Source: Candidatus Moraniibacteriota bacterium
GTDB lineage: Bacteria > Patescibacteriota > Minisyncoccia > Moranbacterales > UBA11712
DNA length: 64,000 bases
NCBI GenBank assembly: GCA_043802865.1
Contig: JAZDKQ010000023.1
Coordinates: forward strand, 607-64,606
Direction: 5' to 3'
Part shown: piece by piece, positions 46,055 through 54,616 of the stretch
How the letters are laid out: every line of letters starts with the position of its first letter
How positions within the stretch are numbered: position 1 is the first letter of the stretch
Notes under the pieces: model-generated
What the model saw: the letters and a program-made list of their open reading frames with translations, nothing else
Told to the model about the DNA's origin: nothing
Database searches by the model: none
Made by a program: the position numbers and the translations under genes

Positions 46055-46083
46055 TTGCCAAAACCAAAAAAGTCGCCTATAAT
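46055..46083 (+). promoter_or_regulatory. sigma70-type promoter for the tRNA-Gly/tRNA-Thr pair
   Basis: TTGCCA-17 nt-TATAAT, ending 18 nt before tRNA-Gly. Confidence 0.55.
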
Positions 46084-46101
46084 TCCTTTGTAAATACAGC
46101 A

Positions 46102-46172
46102 GGCGGGATTAGTTCAGTGGCAGAACACGACCTTCCCAAGGTTGAAATACGGGTCCGATTCCCGTATCCCGC
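46102..46172 (+). tRNA. tRNA-Gly (anticodon CCC)
   Basis: GCGGGATTAGTTCAGTGGCAGAACACGACCTTCCCAAGGTTGAAATACGGGTCCGATTCCCGTATCCCGCT; anticodon loop TTCCCAA. Confidence 0.8.
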
Positions 46173-46179
46173 TCTGAAA

Positions 46180-46252
46180 AGCCGATGTAGCTCAGTTGGC
46201 AGAGCGACACACTCGTAACGTGTAGGTCCGCGGTTCGATCCCGCGCATCGGC
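46180..46252 (+). tRNA. tRNA-Thr (anticodon CGU)
   Basis: GCCGATGTAGCTCAGTTGGCAGAGCGACACACTCGTAACGTGTAGGTCCGCGGTTCGATCCCGCGCATCGGCT; anticodon loop CTCGTAA. Confidence 0.8.
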
Positions 46253-47305
46253 TCAGAACACCGAAGGATCCCCTTCGGAATTGGCGGGAAGGTTTTGCTC
46301 GAAAGTTCGCATTCCGCCGTCGCGGAACTCGATTTGAGTATTGCTTGAATTCCACTGGTAGTCTTTCAAGAATATTGTAACCGAGTAAACCTTCGTTTTT
46401 TCTTTCAACCAGTCGGCAAAAGTGGTTTTTTTCACGAAAATCTGGCGAAGATGCACCAAATCAAATCCGTTGTCCATCTTTTTCTCTTCCAATTTCAGAA
46501 CATGGAACCCAAGCGGGCTTTCGATCGGTTCACTGATCTCCCCCGTTTTCATCGAAAACGCTTTGTCTGCGACAGTTTGGATCAGCTGATCTTTCGTCGA
46601 CCAGCCGAGATCGCCTCCGTTTTCCGCGCTTTGTCCGTCTGAATTTTCTTTCGCCACTTTTGCGAAATCCTCTTTTTTGCTTGTCGCTTTTTCATAGAGC
46701 GATTTTATTTTTGCTTGCTGAGTGCTTGTGTCCATTTCATTCACATAAACTTCCGCCAATTTTTCGCTGTACATTCCGGGCTTCACAACTTTTTGTTCGA
46801 AGTCATTGATGGTCCAGCCGTATAGTCTTGCAAGGTCGCTCATCAAATTGTCCTTGTTTCCGAATTGTTGGATAGTGCTCTCAAGTTCCGTGGAGACAGC
46901 ACTGTTAGTGAGTGTGATACCGCGCTTTTGAGCAAGATTTTCGATCACCTTGTTTTCGATCATTTTATTTATGATCTCTTTTTCCTTGACTTGGAGTCTT
47001 TTTACTCCTTGATCGGTTGAAAAATCAACTCGCATGCCGATTTTTTCGAAGTCCTGCGATTCATAGAATTTTTTGACGGAAGCTACATTGACTTTGATCT
47101 CATTGACACTGATGGATCCCGCTCCGCGGACATATACGGCCGGAAACGGAATGACTTTGGTCGCGCCAACAAAAAAACGGTTGTTCCAATTGAATTTATA
47201 GACGCCAAGAACCAAAAACAGCAAAAATACAAAAATCGCGCCGGCGGCAACGCCGACAATTATCCAAATTTTGTGTTTTTTGAGATTTCCTTTTTTGTTG
47301 GGCAT
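46253..47305 (-). CDS. membrane-anchored parvulin-type peptidyl-prolyl isomerase (PpiC/PrsA-like)
   Basis: N-terminal TM; parvulin segment GGDLGWSTKDQ...ISEPIESPLGFHVLKL. Confidence 0.55.
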   Translation of the reverse strand: MPNKKGNLKKHKIWIIVGVAAGAIFVFLLFLVLGVYKFNWNNRFFVGATKVIPFPAVYVRGAGSISVNEIKVNVASVKKFYESQDFEKIGMRVDFSTDQGVKRLQVKEKEIINKMIENKVIENLAQKRGITLTNSAVSTELESTIQQFGNKDNLMSDLARLYGWTINDFEQKVVKPGMYSEKLAEVYVNEMDTSTQQAKIKSLYEKATSKKEDFAKVAKENSDGQSAENGGDLGWSTKDQLIQTVADKAFSMKTGEISEPIESPLGFHVLKLEEKKMDNGFDLVHLRQIFVKKTTFADWLKEKTKVYSVTIFLKDYQWNSSNTQIEFRDGGMRTFEQNLPANSEGDPSVF

Positions 47306-47316
47306 AATAATTATGG

Positions 47317-47430
47317 AATCCTCCCCTCCTCAACTGAGGAGGGGGCAGGGGGAGGTGTTGTGATAATGCAGAAAACTTATCAACACCCCTCTGTCCTTCG
47401 GACATCTCCCCTCATCTGAGGGGAGAAGGA
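47317..47430. repeat. family-B structured element, copy 2 (intergenic, directly upstream of 46253..47305)
   Basis: 114 nt: ATCCTCCCCTCCTCAACTGAGGAGGGGGCAGGGGGAGGTGTTG...CAACACCCCTCTGTCCTTCGGACATCTCCCCTCATCTGAGGGGAGAAGGAT. On the minus strand its end provides a GGAGG motif upstream of the PPIase ATG. Confidence 0.8.
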
Positions 47431-47449
47431 TTCTAAGATTAATAAAAAA

Positions 47450-47953
47450 TCAGTTTTTTGTTGCAAAGAAAGTTCGCCACCATTTTTGCCAGTTTGAAGA
47501 TGTATCTTCCGGCATTGCAGTCGTGCTTTCAGTTTTTTCCGGTTGATTGCTTGTTTCCTGAAGGGGATCTTTTCGAAGAACGATCATCTTCTCGTCGCCT
47601 TTTTGAAGATTCAATTTTTCGCGGGCTTCTTTTTCTTGAAAATCCGTTGAAGAAAGATAGTCGATCAGGTTTTCCATATTGCTATTTTCCTGTCCCATCT
47701 GGCTTATCTGGGTTTGGAGGCCGTCAATTTCTTTCTGGATCTGCCTTTTGCGATAGGCTTCTTTTCCGAGGGATATTCCGATCAAGACGAGGACGGTCAA
47801 ACCGGCGAGAAAAAATATTCCCGAAAAAATTCTGGTCGACAATTTTGAATTTTGACTGTTTCGCTTGGCCACTTTTTGTTTTAGGAACTTAGCATTGGGG
47901 CAATAGTAAAAGCAATCATCGAGAGAACGGCAAGGATAGTGATTATCAGCCAA
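47450..47953 (-). CDS. FtsB/DivIC-like septum-formation initiator
   Basis: Single TM, coiled coil, then FQEKEAREKLNLQKGDEKMIVL (DivIC/FtsB signature). TTG start, so the start is uncertain. Confidence 0.45.
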   Translation of the reverse strand: MADNHYPCRSLDDCFYYCPNAKFLKQKVAKRNSQNSKLSTRIFSGIFFLAGLTVLVLIGISLGKEAYRKRQIQKEIDGLQTQISQMGQENSNMENLIDYLSSTDFQEKEAREKLNLQKGDEKMIVLRKDPLQETSNQPEKTESTTAMPEDTSSNWQKWWRTFFATKN

Positions 47954-48006
47954 ACTATACGCACTTTTTTCTTGTGTCTCGATTTCATAGTACTTTCATT
48001 ATACCA

Positions 48007-49881
48007 CTATTTTCGCAAAACCGCCAAAAAGGCGCTGCTCGGGATTTCAACCCGTCCGAGATTGGTCATCTTTTTCTTTCCTTTTTTCTGCTTTTCAAGC
48101 AATTTTCTCTTGCGGGTGATGTCCCCGCCATACAACTTGGCCGTCACGTCTTTTCGGAAGGCTTTGACTGATTCGCGAGCGAGGATTTTTCCGCCAACGG
48201 CTGCTTGAAGGGCAATCACGAAGTTTTGGCGCGGAATGACATCCTTCAACTTTTCCACGGTGGCTTTGCCATCCGAAAAAACTTTTTCTTCCGGAACTAT
48301 TCTTGAGAAAGCGTCAATCCTGTCGCCCCCAACAAGAATATCGAGTTTCACGAGCTTGTTCGGCCGGTACCCAAGAAACGCATAGTTCATCGAAGCATAT
48401 CCACTCGAAGCGCTTTTCAGCTGGTCATGCAAATTGATGATGACGTCCGTGAGAGGAGATTCAAAGGTGAGGATCAGTCTTTCCGCGTCTATATATTCCG
48501 TGTTCTTGTATTCCGCTCGCGTGCTCCGCATCAGATCCATAATCGAGCCGAGATATTTTGAAGGAGAAATGAGATCGAGTTTCACATAGGGCTCTTCAAT
48601 GGATTCAATGATCGAAGGATCCGGCATTTCAAGGGGAGAATATATTTTAATTTTTTTTACTTTTCCGCCCGAGGCGGATCCGCCTTTGGCGGATATTTCA
48701 TATACCACGCTTGGAGTGGTAATGACTGGGTCTATTTCAAATTCCCTTTTGAGTCTTTCCTGGACAATTTCTATATGAAGGAGTCCTAAAAATCCGCAGC
48801 GAAATCCCCGTCCTAGCGCCAGATTGGCTTCCGGTTCAAACGCGAACGCGGCATCGTTGAGTTTCAATTTTCCCAGCGCGTCTCGCATGAAGTTGTAATC
48901 GTCTCCTTCTTTCGGATAGAAACTGGCATAAACAACCGGCCGGATCTCTTTGTATCCGGGAAGCGCCTGCATTTCGCCTGGGTTTTTTTCCAAAACGATC
49001 GTATCGCCGACGCGGCAGTCTTCGACGGTTTTGAATCCGGTCGCGATGTATCCGATATCGCCCGCGGACAATTCATTTGTTTTTTCCAAATTCGGCTTGA
49101 AATGGCCGACTTCGATCACGGAACTTCCCTGCTTGGTCGCCATAGCGAGAATTTTTTCTTCGGCATGGATCTTTCCGTCGACAATTCGGACATAGGCGAG
49201 AACTCCTCTGTAGGTATCATATTTTGAATCAAAAATGAGAGCGCGAAGAGATTTTTCCTGTTTTCCTTTGGGAGAAGAAATTTTTTCGACGATCGTTTCA
49301 AGAATTTTTTCAACGCCTTCCCCTGTTTTCCCACTGGCCTCGAGAATTTCTTCTTCCTTGCAGCCGAGAAGATGAACGATTTCTTTTTTCGTTTTTTCTA
49401 TCTCGGCGTTCGGAAGATCTATTTTGTTGATCACGGGAATGATTTCCAGCCCCTGTTCGATGGCATAATAGAGATTGGCGACTGTCTGCGCTTGTACGCC
49501 TTTTGACGCGTCCACAAGCAAAACCGCGCCCTCCACAGCGGCCAGGGAGCGAGAAACTTCATATTGAAAGTCCACATGCCCGGGAGTGTCTATGAGATTC
49601 AAGATAAAAAAGTCCGGCTTTGAGGAATTGGAGGCGTCAGCCGACAAGGGAAAAGCCGGACTTTGATTTGAAATCCGAGGACTATAAATCATCCTTACGG
49701 GTTGTAATTTTATAGTAATGCCACGCTCGCGCTCAAGATCCATCGTGTCCAGAAGCTGTTCTTTCATCTTTCGATCTTCGACCGTATGCGTAATCTCAAG
49801 CATCCGATCGGCCAGAGTGGATTTCCCATGATCGATATGCGCGATTATACAAAAATTCCGGATGTTTTGCTGGTTATTCAT
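48007..49881 (-). CDS. lepA: elongation factor 4 (LepA) carrying two in-frame palindromic insertions
   Basis: IIAHIDHGKSTLADR, NLIDTPGHVDF, conserved C-terminal domain. Extra segments GGSASGG and SPRISNQSPAFPLSADASNSSKPD. Confidence 0.9.
   Translation of the reverse strand: MNNQQNIRNFCIIAHIDHGKSTLADRMLEITHTVEDRKMKEQLLDTMDLERERGITIKLQPVRMIYSPRISNQSPAFPLSADASNSSKPDFFILNLIDTPGHVDFQYEVSRSLAAVEGAVLLVDASKGVQAQTVANLYYAIEQGLEIIPVINKIDLPNAEIEKTKKEIVHLLGCKEEEILEASGKTGEGVEKILETIVEKISSPKGKQEKSLRALIFDSKYDTYRGVLAYVRIVDGKIHAEEKILAMATKQGSSVIEVGHFKPNLEKTNELSAGDIGYIATGFKTVEDCRVGDTIVLEKNPGEMQALPGYKEIRPVVYASFYPKEGDDYNFMRDALGKLKLNDAAFAFEPEANLALGRGFRCGFLGLLHIEIVQERLKREFEIDPVITTPSVVYEISAKGGSASGGKVKKIKIYSPLEMPDPSIIESIEEPYVKLDLISPSKYLGSIMDLMRSTRAEYKNTEYIDAERLILTFESPLTDVIINLHDQLKSASSGYASMNYAFLGYRPNKLVKLDILVGGDRIDAFSRIVPEEKVFSDGKATVEKLKDVIPRQNFVIALQAAVGGKILARESVKAFRKDVTAKLYGGDITRKRKLLEKQKKGKKKMTNLGRVEIPSSAFLAVLRK
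48664..48695. repeat. family-A element in-frame in lepA
   Basis: TTCCGCCCGAGGCGGATCCGCCTTTGGCGGAT encodes SAKGGSASGGK (minus-strand reading). Confidence 0.7.
49609..49664. repeat. family-D palindromic insertion in the lepA G-domain region
   Basis: AAAGTCCGGCTTT...31 nt...AAAGCCGGACTTT (13-bp inverted repeat). Coincides with about 18 extra residues before NLIDTPGHVDF. Confidence 0.55.
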
Positions 49882-49920
49882 ATTCTTTAATCTACCTCAT
49901 TTTCGTCTTTTTGCAAATAA

Positions 49921-49960
49921 AAAAGCCGCCTCAATCAATTTCTTGATATATTAGCGGCTA
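49921..49960 (-). terminator. terminator downstream of 49987..50331
   Basis: AGCCGCC...GGCGGCT hairpin with a T-run on the minus strand. Confidence 0.45.
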
Positions 49961-49986
49961 GCATCTTCTGCTGAGTCGTTGGTCGA

Positions 49987-50331
49987 TTATTCGCATGTGA
50001 TGCCCGAAGTGTAGTTTTTAACTCTTTTAATAATGGCGTTTTTATGAAGGTACGCTCTCGATTTAAAGTGTATTGCAACTTCATCTCCCTTTTTTATGCA
50101 CCTCGCAATGCGTCGTTCATCATCCGTGGCCCCTAAACTCACAAGGGTTTCTTTTCCTCCTGATTCGTTAGTGAGTCTTATGATGATTGTAGTTCCGCCT
50201 ATTAAGGGTTGCGTGGTGATCTCAATATCCTCTACAGTCTGTGGCTTGTCCAGATCGTAATTCGTGCCACATCCGAACGCTGGAAGAGTTATGAGAACTA
50301 AAGCAGTGACAATATAAAGAACTCTTTTCAT
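49987..50331 (-). CDS. small secreted/lipoprotein-like hypothetical
   Basis: Signal peptide with AFGCG lipobox-like motif; 114 aa. Confidence 0.4.
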   Translation of the reverse strand: MKRVLYIVTALVLITLPAFGCGTNYDLDKPQTVEDIEITTQPLIGGTTIIIRLTNESGGKETLVSLGATDDERRIARCIKKGDEVAIHFKSRAYLHKNAIIKRVKNYTSGITCE

Positions 50332-50452
50332 TTTTCCAACCCCCTTTTTGTGTGATTTCTAGCGATTTAGCTAGATGTTAAATCATAGTGAAGAAAAAGT
50401 AATACGTCAAATAGAATTTACCTAAAATCTATAATATTGCTTTATACAAGTC

Positions 50453-52087
50453 TTATATTCCACTGGCCTCCGTTGGGTCTTCGGGGAGGGGCGGGCGGAG
50501 GCGGAAAATCTGTCCTGAAAATAATTTTTTGAGATAATGGAATTCTTCAAGATCGAAAATGCGTGCGAGGGCGAAATAAGTTGCGAGGCCGAGGCCTCCC
50601 GCGAAAAGCATTTGCCAGAAAACGCCGAGGAATGTGTCGAGATTGATGTATGGGCTGATCAGATATTTCGCGACTTGGGCGACAAGTCCGGCGGCGAGCG
50701 CGGAAACGGAAATTTTGAGGATCACGTAAACTATTTTTTTGTCATCGAGATTCTCAAGCTTGTTGCGGAGAATGAAAACAAGAAGAAACATATTGACGAC
50801 GCTTGCAAGCGAAAACGCCCAGACAAGACCAAGAATTCCATAATAGTGCGAAAGAATCAAAGCGGCTGCCAAATTGAAAACTTCGCTGATGATCCCGGTC
50901 AGAAACGGAACTCTTGTGTTGTGAAGGGCATAGAATGACCGCGCCAGAAGCGGAATCGTGCTTTGGGCAAAAAGGCTCACGGCGAAAATTCCCAGTGCCT
51001 GAAAGGTGAAAATCGTGTCCTGCCAGTCGAAATTCCCCGTACCGAGGATGATGCGCACAATCTGGGCGCGAAGAACGAGGATCAGGATGCTCGCCGGAAT
51101 AATGAAAAACAAAATCTGTCGGAAAGTTTTGGAAAAATTCTGAATGAAAATGTCCCGCTCGTCTCGCGCGGCGTGATGGGAAAGGATCGGAAAAACGGCA
51201 AGAGCGAAAGGAATCGCGAAAATTCCCAGTGGAAAACTCTGAAGATTGTTCGCAAAGTTGAAAATCGCGAGGCTTCCCGCGGTGAGGGTTGAAGCAATGA
51301 TCGTGACGACGAGCAAATTGATCTGCGTGACGGCAAGACCCATCGTGCGCGGAATCATGAGAGTGATCACTTTTCGAAGATTCTTATTTTTGAAATTCAA
51401 ATGCGGAAAATATTTTAGTCCGATCATTTTCACATTCGGATATTGAATTGCCATGTGAAGAAACGCGCCAATAACCACTCCCCAAGCAAGGCCCGCGATT
51501 CCAAACGGCTTTACCAAGAAAACCGCGCCGAAAATTATGCCGAGATTATACATGATCGGCGCGAGAGAATAGATCAAAAATCGTTTGAAGGAGTTCAGTA
51601 TACCGCCGAAAATGCCGCTGATGCCAAGAAAAATCGGGCTCAAAAACATGATCCGGGTGAGAGTCACGACTCCCTGCATTTTTTCCCCCGAAAACCCGGG
51701 AGTGATTATTTTCATGAGTTGCGGCGCAAAAATTGCAAGTATTCCGGCCAAAACGATCAAAAACAAGAGTGCTGTCGTGAGAAAAACATTCACGAGCTCC
51801 CATGCTTCGCTCTTTTCATCTTTTGCAATGAGGCCGGTAAAAACAGGAATGAACGCGGCGCTCAAAGCTCCGAGAATGAGGAGGTTATAGATCAAATCCG
51901 GCACGCGAAACGCGGCATAATATATATCGAGCGTGTCCCCCGCTCCGAAATGTGAAGCAAGGATGCGGTCGCGCAGAAGCCCCAAAACACGGCTCATGAT
52001 CCCAGCCATCGCGATCACAAACGCCGCCGAAGCCACGGAGCTCGACGGAGTTGAATTAATGAATTTTTGGTGAAGAGATTTTATCAT
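50453..52087 (-). CDS. murJ: lipid II flippase MurJ (MviN)
   Basis: N-terminal GLLRDRILASHFGAGDTLDIYYAAFRVPD is the MurJ signature; 14 TM helices. Confidence 0.8.
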   Translation of the reverse strand: MIKSLHQKFINSTPSSSVASAAFVIAMAGIMSRVLGLLRDRILASHFGAGDTLDIYYAAFRVPDLIYNLLILGALSAAFIPVFTGLIAKDEKSEAWELVNVFLTTALLFLIVLAGILAIFAPQLMKIITPGFSGEKMQGVVTLTRIMFLSPIFLGISGIFGGILNSFKRFLIYSLAPIMYNLGIIFGAVFLVKPFGIAGLAWGVVIGAFLHMAIQYPNVKMIGLKYFPHLNFKNKNLRKVITLMIPRTMGLAVTQINLLVVTIIASTLTAGSLAIFNFANNLQSFPLGIFAIPFALAVFPILSHHAARDERDIFIQNFSKTFRQILFFIIPASILILVLRAQIVRIILGTGNFDWQDTIFTFQALGIFAVSLFAQSTIPLLARSFYALHNTRVPFLTGIISEVFNLAAALILSHYYGILGLVWAFSLASVVNMFLLVFILRNKLENLDDKKIVYVILKISVSALAAGLVAQVAKYLISPYINLDTFLGVFWQMLFAGGLGLATYFALARIFDLEEFHYLKKLFSGQIFRLRPPLPEDPTEASGI

Positions 52088-54616
52088 CTATTTTTCTACT
52101 GCCAGTCCCACAAACTTGTCCGTATTCAAAACAGTTTCCATTTTGAGTGAGTTGTCATTTTGTTTCGCGTTGTCCGGCCAGCGCCAGATTGTTTTCAGAT
52201 TGTCCGGCAAATTCACCTCAGAAAAAAGTTTGCTACCAACGCTTCCAGATTGTTTTTGATAGAGGACGGAAAAAGAATCAGCGGGATGTTGCAGTGAATC
52301 GAAACTCAATTTGAAAGGTAGCGCGTATTTGTATGTGATCGTTGTTGATTCGCCCGGACTGACGTATACCCAGTTCGCAAAAACGGTTTTGTTGTTTTCG
52401 TCATATATTTTCGTTCCTGATTCTTCGTCGATTCGGGCGGAATCGTCTTCGGCCTGGACTTGAGGATCTTTTTTGAATCCAAGTGATTGATAGTCGAGCG
52501 CCGGCGGTACGAATTCACGTGTTTGGCCGGAAACTTCAAGAAGTTTCGCGCCATCGGGAACATATACTCGCATCCAGTCTCCATTCACCTTGTTCCACCA
52601 GTCATAATTCTCATTGCCTCCGTTATGTTTGCGCGTTATGGAAACCGTGTCAACAATACTCCCATCAGATGCAATTTCGCTTTTGTGATCAATTGTTTCG
52701 TCGATCACACCGTCGGTCTTGAAGCCATTGATATTGGTGTTGATCACCGACAAAAAATCTTTGTCAGTATTCAAAATTTCTCCCGACCATTTTTGGTCAG
52801 AGATCAATTTTTGAATATTGAAGTTTCTTGAATAAAGAAGCAGATGTTTTTCCGAGAGGGCGGTGTTGAAAGCCTTGAGCGTTTTGAGCACCGAGACAAG
52901 TCCTTTTTCGCTCATCACTTTGTCAAGAATTTTCGGCGTGAGGTCGGCGACGAATTTCTTCGGCTGATTCAATTCTTTGTCATAATCAAGTTCGACTTCC
53001 TGCTGGGTTTCCTCAATGAAGTTGTCTGCGTCGATAGTTTTGTTGTATTCCGGCATATCGATCGGTCCGGTGATTGCAAGAAGGTCGCGAAGTAGTTCAG
53101 GAGTGATCGCGATCACTCCGTCCACGGTCGGTCCTCCTGTTTTTTCATAGAACCAGGAAACTTTTTCGGCCGAAGTTGGAAAATTCGGGAACCAGTTGGC
53201 GTCATGCATGGTCCAAACGGCGCTCATTTTCTGGATCGGAGCGGGTGGGATGACGCGGGCTTTGAGCTGGCCGTCCGGATTGTATATATCGTCCACGAAA
53301 AGTTTCTTCACCCGACCGTTCCCGATGTCAAGAATCCCATAGCTTCCGATGAAACCGCCCGTTGCCCGCATTTCCTGATTGTTTTCAAAGAGAAACAAAT
53401 ATTTTCGCGGACCGTTGTATCCGAGAACATCAAGGAATATCTGGGAATAGTCAAGAAAATTTTTGAGGCTCTCATTGACAAGAGGCAATTTGCTCTTAAG
53501 CTGGGCAAATTGTTCCCGCATTTCAAGAGGCAGATCATCAATATTGACTTTGTCGAGGTCATCTTGGGCCACCGAAAGTTCTCCGCTTGATTTTTGGATC
53601 CCGTCTCGTAAATTCAAAAATAGGTCCGTGAGTGAAGGCTGATCGGCTTGATTTGCACCGTCAAGAGGATTGCCAATCAAATTGAGCGATTTTGCCGATT
53701 CGGCGAGACTTTTTCCGGCCAGCGAAAAATGCTCTCCGGCGGAAACGACATAGTTGGCGCTTGCAATTTTGGAAATTCCGGGCACAAAACGCAAAATCTC
53801 GCTGAAATTGCCTCCAATATGCGCGATATCACTATTGGCATCGGAAAGAATTTGATAAGACTCGGAAAAATCAACCGCGGCCTTATCAAACTGGCTGTTT
53901 GAAAGATTGTCCTTTGCTTCGGCAAATTGTCCGAGAGCTCTTTCGCCTGTTGCGACAAGTTTTTTTTTCATATCAAGTGCTTTTTGGACATAGGAAAGAG
54001 CGGGAATTGAAAAAGAGAATAGAAGCAGAATGCAGGCAAACGAAACTGCATAACTGAAACTCGGAACCGAAGAAAAATCTTGCGAAAAAATATTTTTTTG
54101 AATTTTCAATTTGCTTAAATTTGGAATAAGCTTTCCGGAAAGTTTTTTGATCGACTCGATTTGCTTTTTCAGTGATAATTTTCTGGATCTTTTTTTGAAT
54201 ATTACTTTTTTCGGCTCAGGCTTGGTTATCCTTTCCGAAAAAGTTTCTAGTTTTGGCTGATATAGTTCGTCAGAAATATTAAAATATTTATTGAACAACT
54301 CTGGTTTTTTTGGCTGAAAATTGATTTCCTCTTGCAGAGACGCAAAATCTTGCTTCTCAACTGCGTTTTCGCCCGTAGAAACGCGATTAATCGCGTCTCT
54401 ACTTTCGCAAACAATTTTTGGCCCAACGACATCAGCCATGCGCAAACCATGCCTATTTGCTGAAATATTTTTTTTGTATATTTTTTTGTCCGGAAGAGTG
54501 ACCATTCGCCTCAATTTTTTTATTTTCGCCAAATTCAAAGAACCGTCCGAATTTACCGGCTTCACATCGAACATCTGGGGCAGAATGTTTTTTCGTTTTG
54601 ACATTTTTATCCGCAA
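52088..54616 (-). CDS. DUF4012-domain protein (TM-anchored, large extracytoplasmic domain); family-C element near the 5' end
   Basis: GPRKYLFLFENNQEMRATGGFIGSYGILDIGNG matches the DUF4012 core. Single TM about 180 aa from the N-terminus. Confidence 0.55.
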   Translation of the reverse strand: MRIKMSKRKNILPQMFDVKPVNSDGSLNLAKIKKLRRMVTLPDKKIYKKNISANRHGLRMADVVGPKIVCESRDAINRVSTGENAVEKQDFASLQEEINFQPKKPELFNKYFNISDELYQPKLETFSERITKPEPKKVIFKKRSRKLSLKKQIESIKKLSGKLIPNLSKLKIQKNIFSQDFSSVPSFSYAVSFACILLLFSFSIPALSYVQKALDMKKKLVATGERALGQFAEAKDNLSNSQFDKAAVDFSESYQILSDANSDIAHIGGNFSEILRFVPGISKIASANYVVSAGEHFSLAGKSLAESAKSLNLIGNPLDGANQADQPSLTDLFLNLRDGIQKSSGELSVAQDDLDKVNIDDLPLEMREQFAQLKSKLPLVNESLKNFLDYSQIFLDVLGYNGPRKYLFLFENNQEMRATGGFIGSYGILDIGNGRVKKLFVDDIYNPDGQLKARVIPPAPIQKMSAVWTMHDANWFPNFPTSAEKVSWFYEKTGGPTVDGVIAITPELLRDLLAITGPIDMPEYNKTIDADNFIEETQQEVELDYDKELNQPKKFVADLTPKILDKVMSEKGLVSVLKTLKAFNTALSEKHLLLYSRNFNIQKLISDQKWSGEILNTDKDFLSVINTNINGFKTDGVIDETIDHKSEIASDGSIVDTVSITRKHNGGNENYDWWNKVNGDWMRVYVPDGAKLLEVSGQTREFVPPALDYQSLGFKKDPQVQAEDDSARIDEESGTKIYDENNKTVFANWVYVSPGESTTITYKYALPFKLSFDSLQHPADSFSVLYQKQSGSVGSKLFSEVNLPDNLKTIWRWPDNAKQNDNSLKMETVLNTDKFVGLAVEK
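54371..54402. repeat. family-C palindromic element, copy 3 (reverse orientation; inside the 5' part of the DUF4012 ORF)
   Basis: CCCGTAGAAACGCGATTAATCGCGTCTCTAC encodes ESRDAINRVSTG on the minus strand. Confidence 0.8.

Noticed and set aside
46077-46355. 92-aa minus-strand ORF
   Set aside because: It overlaps the tRNA-Gly and tRNA-Thr genes, whose cloverleafs are clear.
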